Source: Myxococcota bacterium (GTDB lineage: Bacteria > Myxococcota_A > UBA9160 > UBA4427). From it: a DNA stretch of 33,095 nucleotides. Position numbers and translations under genes: made by a program. The notes under the pieces were generated by a model. It made no database searches, was not told the DNA's origin, and was given only the letters and a program-made list of their open reading frames with translations. The stretch covers positions 1 to 33,095 of the forward strand of contig JAYZFK010000029.1 in assembly GCA_036336835.1 (NCBI GenBank). The letters are read 5' to 3'. Position 1 is the first letter of the stretch, and each line of letters begins with the position of its first letter. This document shows positions 26,756-33,095 of the stretch, in pieces.

Positions 26756-27160
26756 ATGAGCAACCGCGTGATCGAACGGGCCTACGAGAGCATTCGTGGC
26801 TACATGCCGGAGGATGCCAGGGAGATCTTGAACCAGCAGATTCCCCGGATCGAGCAGTTCATCGACGATGAGCTGACCAAGTTCGGTGTCGAGCTGTCCG
26901 AGTTCATCGGGGCCGAAGTCGACCGGCTGCTGCTCGACTCGCAGGAGTCCGCGCATCGCTCGCACAACGAGCTCATTGCGGCGATCGGCGAGATCCGCGC
27001 CGATGTCGCGGCCAACGATGCGGTTCTCGAGCGCGCCGTCGCGAGGCTCGAACGCAGCCTCGACGACTACGAGCGACGCTTCGAGGAGCTCGGCGAGGGT
27101 GTTCGTCGGGCCGTGATCCTGGCGGCACGCGCGGCCGGCATTCCGGTGCCGGGCCAGTAG
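26756..27160 (+). CDS. Small hypothetical coiled-coil protein
   Basis: 134-aa acidic amphipathic helical ORF with SD GGGAG, in operon spacing with its neighbours. Confidence 0.75.
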   Translation: MSNRVIERAYESIRGYMPEDAREILNQQIPRIEQFIDDELTKFGVELSEFIGAEVDRLLLDSQESAHRSHNELIAAIGEIRADVAANDAVLERAVARLERSLDDYERRFEELGEGVRRAVILAARAAGIPVPGQ

Positions 27161-27185
27161 CCGGAGCGGAGGCGAGAGGCGACCC

Positions 27186-28061
27186 ATGTCGATCACACTG
27201 CGCACCCTGCGAGCTGGAGACGGCTCGCGGCGCACCACGCCGGAGCTCAGGCCCGCCGTCGAGTGCCTGCAGCGCTTGCTCGAGCGCGCCGGTCACAGCG
27301 TGCCGGTCGACGGTCGTTTTGCGCGCGCCACCGAGAGCGCGGTGAAGGCGTTTCAGCAGCTGGGCGGTCTGGTCGTCGACGGGGTGGTCGGCCCGGCCAC
27401 CTGGCGCGGTCTCGCGCGTTTCGGGCGCGAGAGCGAGAGCATCCGGGGCGGCCATGCCGTGCCGGGCTTCGAGAGCTTCCACGGCGATCTCGGCTGGCTG
27501 CACGCGCGCCAAGGACACGTCGGCAAGCCGTTCTGGCCCGGCGGGATCTCGGGCGTCACGCTCGATCCGGACTTCGACCTGCGTTTCCAGACGCTGGCGA
27601 ATATCCGGCGCCACTACGGCGAGCTCCTGACAGTCGAGCAGGAGGGCGCGCTCGTCCGTGCGATCGGCCGACGCGGCACCGATGCGCGCGATCTGTTGCG
27701 CGATGACGCGGTGCTCCGGTCGGTCCGCATCAGCCGGGAGCACGCGCTCCGGGTGATGCCGTACGTCGCCGTCGATTCGTGGCAGGCCATCGTGCACCGC
27801 TTCCCGCCGATCGAGCTGCCCGACACGCCTCCCGCTGTGCAGACCGTGATGCTCTCGCTCGCCTTCCACCGGGGGGCCGAGCACCGCGAGCTCGAGACGC
27901 TCGCCTTCCCGATCGAGATGGGCGACTGGCGCGGCCTGGCGATGCGCATTGGAGCCATGCAGCAGGACCACGTGCTGCCCGGAGTCCGGTCGCGCCGTCG
28001 ACTGGAGGAGAGTCTGATCCTGGACGAGCTCGATTTCTCGGCGCCGCGGATGCGTGCTTGA
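27186..28061 (+). CDS. Peptidoglycan-binding domain fused to a pesticin/phage-lysozyme-like muramidase domain
   Basis: PG_binding_1 pattern LQRLL...VDGRFARATESAVKAFQ...LVVDGVVGPATW; pesticin-like WPGGISGVTLDPDFD; lysozyme-like C-terminus GVRSRRRLE. Confidence 0.8.
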   Translation: MSITLRTLRAGDGSRRTTPELRPAVECLQRLLERAGHSVPVDGRFARATESAVKAFQQLGGLVVDGVVGPATWRGLARFGRESESIRGGHAVPGFESFHGDLGWLHARQGHVGKPFWPGGISGVTLDPDFDLRFQTLANIRRHYGELLTVEQEGALVRAIGRRGTDARDLLRDDAVLRSVRISREHALRVMPYVAVDSWQAIVHRFPPIELPDTPPAVQTVMLSLAFHRGAEHRELETLAFPIEMGDWRGLAMRIGAMQQDHVLPGVRSRRRLEESLILDELDFSAPRMRA

Positions 28062-28299
28062 TTGCGCGTCGGGTCCGGCGCCGGGCCACCCGCCGGATCG
28101 CGGGGTCGTTCGTGGCGTGCGACTGGTTGGCGTCACGCCGCCTCGACGGTGGTCTCTGGTACCGCTCGCAGCGCAAACGGCTCGGCCATGGCATGCTGCG
28201 GCTCGCCTGCATTCGAGTGCAGCCGGCGGCGGATGGGTGTGGAGCAGTGCGTGCGCCGATCCTTCTCGCCCTGGTCTAGTGCGGAGCCGGGAGAAGGCT

Positions 28300-29109
28300 G
28301 TGACAGCGACGCCGGTCGAGCTCTCGGTCGTAGTGCCCGCCTACCGAGAAGCAGAACGGATCTCGGACAGTCTGCGCCAGATCGACGCCTACCTCGCAGC
28401 GCGCGCGAGTGGCGCGGAGATCGTCGTCGTCGACGACGGTAGCTCCGACGACACCGCGAACGTCGTGCGCGAGATCGCGCGTGGGCTCGTCACGCCGCTG
28501 CGGCTCCTGATCTCGCAGCGAAACCGCGGCAAGGGGCATGCGCTCAAGCTCGGTTTCGCGGCGTCGCGCGGCGCACGGATCCTGTTCACCGATGCGGATC
28601 TGTCGACCCCGATCGAGTGTGCGGACGCGGTGCTCGCGCCGCTCGACGAGGGCTTCGACCTGGTACTCGGCTCGCGCAAGATGGAGGGCGCGCGGCTCGA
28701 GATCCGTCAGCCCTGGCTGCGCGAGTCGCTGGGCAAGGTCTTCACGCGTATCGCACGCGTGCTGATTGCCGACGTGAGCGACGTGACCTGTGGCTTCAAG
28801 GCGTTTCGCGGCGACGTCGGTCGCGATCTCTTCTCGCGCGTCCGGATCGACGACTGGAGCTTCGACGCGGAGCTCCTGCTGATCTCGGTACACCGCGGCT
28901 GCCGCTTCACCGAGGTACCGGTCGCCTGGCAGGACCGGGCGGGAACGAAGGTGAGGCTCGTCCGCGACATTCTCTCGACACTCGCGGGTCTGGCGACGAT
29001 GCGAATCCATCTGGCTCTCGGACGTTATGCCGAGCCGGCGCCGCATGGAGCCTTCTCCAGCGAGGAGCTGGGGGCCAGCGCCGGCGTCGCAGACGGCACC
29101 GTCGGATGA
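28300..29109 (+). CDS. GT2 dolichyl/polyprenyl-phosphate glycosyltransferase-like
   Basis: LSVVVPAY, VVDDGSSDDT, NRGKG, FTDADLSTP, DVTCGFK and FDAELL motifs; SD GGGAG before GTG. Confidence 0.9.
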   Translation: MTATPVELSVVVPAYREAERISDSLRQIDAYLAARASGAEIVVVDDGSSDDTANVVREIARGLVTPLRLLISQRNRGKGHALKLGFAASRGARILFTDADLSTPIECADAVLAPLDEGFDLVLGSRKMEGARLEIRQPWLRESLGKVFTRIARVLIADVSDVTCGFKAFRGDVGRDLFSRVRIDDWSFDAELLLISVHRGCRFTEVPVAWQDRAGTKVRLVRDILSTLAGLATMRIHLALGRYAEPAPHGAFSSEELGASAGVADGTVG

Positions 29110-29903
29110 CCGATCCCGAGAGCTCCAGGCGCGCCGGGGCCGCGCAGGACTCGGATCACGTCGCGCGCCAGCGCCGGTTCTACGGCTCGCGGGCGCATCG
29201 CGCCCTGCAGCCTCGCGTCGGCGATCTGTACGTGAGCAAGCTGGCGTCGGCCCTGGTGTCGGCGCTGGGAATCGAGTCGCACCATCGCGTCCTCGAGGTC
29301 GGCGCGGGCTTCGGCCGCTTCACCTTCGCACTGCTCGAGCACTGCGGCTCGGTCACGGCGCTCGATTTGTCCGAGACCGCGCTCGAGTCGCTCGATGCGG
29401 TACGCGAGTCCCGCGGCATCGGCGTCGAGCGCTGCCGCACGATCCATTCGGATCTCGACACGGTGAGCGCGGACGATCTCGGAGCGCCGTACGATTTCGT
29501 GCTCGGCTTCTTCGTGCTCCACCACCTCGAAGACGTCGGGGCCTCGATCGATCGGCTGGCCCGGTTCGCAGTGCCGGGCGGAGGGATCGGATTCCTGGAG
29601 CCGAACCGCTGGAATCCACTCTACGCCGTGCAAGTCACCTGCTGTCCCGACATGACGTGGAGCGAGGAGAAGGGCGTGTGGCGGCTGAGCCCGAGAGGCG
29701 TGATGCAGAGCTACCGCCAGAGCGGGCTCGAACCGCAGCCCGTGCACTATCTCGGCTTCTTCCCGCCTCAGCTGGTGAATCGGTTTGCCTGGGCGCGGCG
29801 ACTGGAGGCGATGCTCGAGCGCCAGGCCTGGCTCGGCGGAGTACTGCCGTTCCTGATCCTGTCGGCGCGCGTTCCGCCGCGCGGCGACGACTCGAGTCGA
29901 TGA
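29106..29903 (+). CDS. Class I SAM-dependent methyltransferase
   Basis: VLEVGAGFG, ALDLS, VLHHL and FLEPN motifs; ATGA overlaps at both ends. Confidence 0.88.
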   Translation: MTDPESSRRAGAAQDSDHVARQRRFYGSRAHRALQPRVGDLYVSKLASALVSALGIESHHRVLEVGAGFGRFTFALLEHCGSVTALDLSETALESLDAVRESRGIGVERCRTIHSDLDTVSADDLGAPYDFVLGFFVLHHLEDVGASIDRLARFAVPGGGIGFLEPNRWNPLYAVQVTCCPDMTWSEEKGVWRLSPRGVMQSYRQSGLEPQPVHYLGFFPPQLVNRFAWARRLEAMLERQAWLGGVLPFLILSARVPPRGDDSSR

Positions 29904-31468
29904 ACGCCGGGGCGGTCACTTCGGCCCTGCTGCTCTGCCTGCTAGTCGGCTTCGGGCTGGTCGGCGCGTCCTTCGAGATGCTGCCGCACGACGTGTCGTA
30001 CTACCTGTACGTCTCGCGCGAGCTTCTCGCCGGCGCGCTCCCCTACCGCGACTACATCGATCCGAACCTGCCGACGATCATCCACCTGGGGGTGCCCGTG
30101 GCCGTGCTCTCGGAAGCGACCGGGGTCCCGATCTGGACTGGCTACCGGGTCTTCGTCGTCGCGATCGAGGCGCTCGCCGTCGGTCTCTCGGCCTGGCTGC
30201 TGCGCGGCTGGCTGCTGCGCGACGACGACAGCCTGTGCTGGGTGGTGCTGGCAGTCCTGGTGACCGTGCTGTGCCTGGTGCCGATGGGGCTCGTCGAGGT
30301 CGACAGCTCGCACTTCGGCCAGCGCGAGCACCTGGCCTTGCTGCTCATCACGCCCTATGTGCTGTGGCACTCGGTTCGGGCGAGCGGTGGGCGGCTCTCG
30401 AGCGGCGCCGCCTGGGGCGTCGCGGCGTTTGCAGCGGTGGGCATCGCGATCAAGCCGCACTTCCTGCTGTTCTGGGCGCTGATCGAGGGCTGGAGCGCCT
30501 GGCGCGAACGACGGGACTGGCCGCGCGTTGCGCTGGTGCCGCCGATCGCCTTCGGGCTCTACATCGTCCTGCTGCTCGCCACACTGCCCGAGTTCCCGAC
30601 CTTGATCGGCTACACCTGGCAGCTGTACGGCGCGTACAAGGATCGGACGCTGCTCGAGATCCTGCGGCTCGCGCCCGTGGCGCTGCCGCTCGCGGTCCTG
30701 GTGCTGCACCGCCTCCTGCCGGTTTCAGCGGAGTCGGCGGCGCTGCGGCCGCTGCGTTCGGCACTGGGCGTGGCCACGCTCGCGTGGTGGATCATTGGCT
30801 TCGTCCAGCTGCGGGGCTTCCCCTATCACTTTGCGCCGGCGGTCTCGCTCTCGATCGCGCTGCTGCTGGTGAGCGTCGTCGCCACGCGCCCGGGCCGGCG
30901 GGCGATTCCGCTCGTCTATGCGCTGCTGGTCTTCCTCGGCTTCGGCAGCATCGAGATCGCCTGGCGCGATCGGGCGAGCCAGGATGCCGACCTCACTCAG
31001 CTCTTCCAGGAGGACGCCGCGGACGGAGCGGTGCTCGTCCTCTCGACGAACGTGTGGCCCGGCTTCCCGGCGGCGCTCTATGCCGACAAGCGCTGGTCGT
31101 CGCGCTTCCCCGCCTTGTGGTTCCTGCCCGGCCTGTACGAAGGTGTGCCGCCGCAGGAGCCGTTTGCCTATCGGCTTCCCGAGCAGATGGGGGCGATCGA
31201 GCGCTGGCATCTCGCGGCGGTCGTCGAGGACTTCGAGCGCCAGCCGCCACAGCTGGTGCTGGTGGACCGCAACGCCTTCCAGCCCGGCTTCGGCCAGACG
31301 AACTTCGACTACCTCGCCTACCTGAGTCAGGACGCGCGCTTCCGCAGCCTCTGGTGTGTCTATCGCAAGCGCGCACGCTGGGAGGGCGAGTTCGTCGTCT
31401 ACCAACGCGACCCCGAACGCGCCGCCCGCTGCGCAGGCATCGCCGGAGGACCCGGGTCGACCGGCTGA
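29900..31468 (+). CDS. Multi-pass membrane protein, probable GT-C fold glycosyltransferase
   Basis: HDVSYYLY...PYRDYIDPNLP in the first loop, GQREH, IKPHF and PYHF motifs, many TM helices and a C-terminal soluble domain (PPQLVLVD). Confidence 0.7.
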   Translation: MNAGAVTSALLLCLLVGFGLVGASFEMLPHDVSYYLYVSRELLAGALPYRDYIDPNLPTIIHLGVPVAVLSEATGVPIWTGYRVFVVAIEALAVGLSAWLLRGWLLRDDDSLCWVVLAVLVTVLCLVPMGLVEVDSSHFGQREHLALLLITPYVLWHSVRASGGRLSSGAAWGVAAFAAVGIAIKPHFLLFWALIEGWSAWRERRDWPRVALVPPIAFGLYIVLLLATLPEFPTLIGYTWQLYGAYKDRTLLEILRLAPVALPLAVLVLHRLLPVSAESAALRPLRSALGVATLAWWIIGFVQLRGFPYHFAPAVSLSIALLLVSVVATRPGRRAIPLVYALLVFLGFGSIEIAWRDRASQDADLTQLFQEDAADGAVLVLSTNVWPGFPAALYADKRWSSRFPALWFLPGLYEGVPPQEPFAYRLPEQMGAIERWHLAAVVEDFERQPPQLVLVDRNAFQPGFGQTNFDYLAYLSQDARFRSLWCVYRKRARWEGEFVVYQRDPERAARCAGIAGGPGSTG

Positions 31469-31476
31469 GGGTCGAT

Positions 31477-33095
31477 TCAATCGTTGCGCTGCGACTCCGA
31501 TGCGGGCGCCAGGGCGAAGGCGTAGATGCGCGAGGCGCGGTGCTCGAAGCCGTGGAACTGGCCGCCCGTTGCGACGACGACTACGTACTGACGGCCGTCG
31601 ATCTGGTAGGTGGTAGGCGGGGCGCTGCCCGCGGCCGGCGGCTCGAACGACCACAGCTCTTCGCCCGTTGCGCTGTCGAACGCGCGCAGCTTGCGATCGA
31701 CCGTGCCGGTTGCAAACAGCAGTCCCCCGCGCGTGGCGATCAGGCCGCCGTAGTTCGGCTGGCCGGTCTTCGGAAGCCCCCGTCGCGTCAGCTCGGGGTA
31801 CTCGCCGAACGGAGCGCGCCAGCGGATCCGCCCGCTCGAGAGGTCGAGCGCGACGATCTGGCCCCACGGTGGCGTCGATCCCGGATAGCCCTGGTGGTCG
31901 ATCAGCTGGGCCGCATAGAAGTCCGGGACGAGGTGGCCCGCCGCGCCGAGCTCGAGATCGAGCTCGGCGAACCATGCGCGAAGCAGGTCGAGCTCGGCCT
32001 GGCTGAAGGTCTCGGTCGTGGCGCGCTCGTGCCGGCGTAGGAAGGAATCGATTCGATAGGCGTCGGCATAGGCGGCGAGCTGGGTCGTGCCGATCAGGCC
32101 GGGGGCGTAGGAGATCTCCACCTCGCCCTGCGAGCGGTGGTCGCCGCCGCGCAGGGCTCCGTGGCAGCGGGCGCAGCGCGCGGCGTACAGACGGCCGGGC
32201 GCTGTCCCCGGGAGCGGCTCGTTGGAGCGCGATCTCAGGTAGAGGCGCAGCTTCCACGGGATCTTGTTGATCGGGGCGTAGAGCCAGCCCGAATCGGGAT
32301 CGACGGCGACGCCCGGCCACTCGGCGCCGCCGTGGAGCCCGTAGGCGATTGCCGTGCGTCCGATTGCCGGGGGCGCGAAGAAGCCGAGGACCGCGTCCTC
32401 GATCTGCCAGCGGATCGACGCCGTGTTGTCCGGGCCGATGTCGCTCACGTCGTCGGACTCGAAGCCGACGTCGAGCAACGGCTCCGGAAGCACGAGATCG
32501 GGCTGGTACTCGGCGGTGACCTCGCCGGGCACCGTCGAGGGCGGTGCCCGGCGCAAGCGATAGTCGAACACGGGCGTACCCGAGTCGCGCTCGAGCAGCA
32601 ACGTATTGCCGATCTTGGTGGCGGCGGCGACCACGTCGATCGGCTCGCCGCCGAGCTCGATCGTGGTGAGCGCGGGCGGTCCAGTGATGTCGAAGTTCCA
32701 CAGGTCGTGCGCGACCTCCTGGAACGCCCACGCGATCTCACCGCTCCGCGTGTCGATCGCGACCACGCTGTTGCAGTGCGGGTTGTTGCCCGGCCGACCG
32801 ATGCCGTACATGGCCGGGCGCGGGTTGCCGGTCGTTACGAACGCGAGTCCGCGCCGAGTATCGACGGAGAAGCCTCCCCACGGTGAGCAGCCGGAGCTCT
32901 CACTGCCGAAACGCAGCAGGCCCGTCTCCCACAGCGGCTCGCCACTGCGCAGCGAGAAGGCGCGCCGGGCCGCCGGCTTGTTGGTGGCGATCAGCAGCTG
33001 GTCGCCGGCGATCGCCGGCGCCACGGTCGATTTGCGAATCGGGACCGCGCCGTCGACTCCGAAGCTCGGGTCCGGACGGCCCGTTCGAGCGTCGA
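31477..33095 (-). CDS. PQQ-dependent (glucose/quinate dehydrogenase-like) beta-propeller protein with a c-type heme motif; 5' end outside the window
   Basis: WAFQEVAHDLWNFD, GGAEWPG, PPWGQIVALDL, FDSATGEELW, PTTYQIDGRQYV and CARCH motifs. The frame stays open to the window edge (DARTGRPDPSFG). Confidence 0.9.
   Translation of the reverse strand, partial: DARTGRPDPSFGVDGAVPIRKSTVAPAIAGDQLLIATNKPAARRAFSLRSGEPLWETGLLRFGSESSGCSPWGGFSVDTRRGLAFVTTGNPRPAMYGIGRPGNNPHCNSVVAIDTRSGEIAWAFQEVAHDLWNFDITGPPALTTIELGGEPIDVVAAATKIGNTLLLERDSGTPVFDYRLRRAPPSTVPGEVTAEYQPDLVLPEPLLDVGFESDDVSDIGPDNTASIRWQIEDAVLGFFAPPAIGRTAIAYGLHGGAEWPGVAVDPDSGWLYAPINKIPWKLRLYLRSRSNEPLPGTAPGRLYAARCARCHGALRGGDHRSQGEVEISYAPGLIGTTQLAAYADAYRIDSFLRRHERATTETFSQAELDLLRAWFAELDLELGAAGHLVPDFYAAQLIDHQGYPGSTPPWGQIVALDLSSGRIRWRAPFGEYPELTRRGLPKTGQPNYGGLIATRGGLLFATGTVDRKLRAFDSATGEELWSFEPPAAGSAPPTTYQIDGRQYVVVVATGGQFHGFEHRASRIYAFALAPASESQRND

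Noticed and set aside
24403..28061. Prophage lysis module or T6SS effector locus
   Set aside because: No integrase, capsid, tail, VgrG/PAAR/Hcp genes, att-like direct repeats or small holin were seen; kept as an unknown cassette instead.
1..33095. CRISPR arrays, tRNA/rRNA genes, IS elements, tandem repeats
   Set aside because: No regularly spaced direct repeats, cloverleaf motifs, transposase ORFs or terminal inverted repeats were seen by eye, and all intergenic gaps are under about 240 nt.

Overview
High-GC (roughly 70% by eye), gene-dense bacterial window of about 30 CDS. The PilA-type pilin, membrane Ser/Thr kinase with FHA protein, and lipid-catabolic enzymes suggest a Myxococcota/deltaproteobacterial-like organism (inference). 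The left half is mostly lipid/xenobiotic catabolism: two amidohydrolases, four alpha/beta hydrolases, a phosphotransferase, enoyl-CoA hydratase, an Ltp2-like thiolase-fold protein with its DUF35 partner, a VOC protein, patatin and an SDR. It also holds a truncated mscS remnant. The middle carries a type IV pilin, an FHA/kinase pair and a fused membrane/spermidine-synthase-like protein. The right half has polyprenol-phosphate glycosylation genes and a partial PQQ/heme-c dehydrogenase. The most unusual element is a four-gene cassette (24403-28061) behind an AT-rich patch. It encodes a multi-TM membrane protein, a helical lipoprotein, a small coiled-coil protein and a peptidoglycan-binding pesticin-type muramidase whose catalytic Glu appears to be replaced by Gln. 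Other signals are a sigma28-like promoter directly before the pilin and repeated -10 boxes 6-8 nt before start codons, suggesting leaderless mRNAs. No rRNA, tRNA, CRISPR array or transposase was recognised. All family calls are from motif recognition by eye, not database searches.
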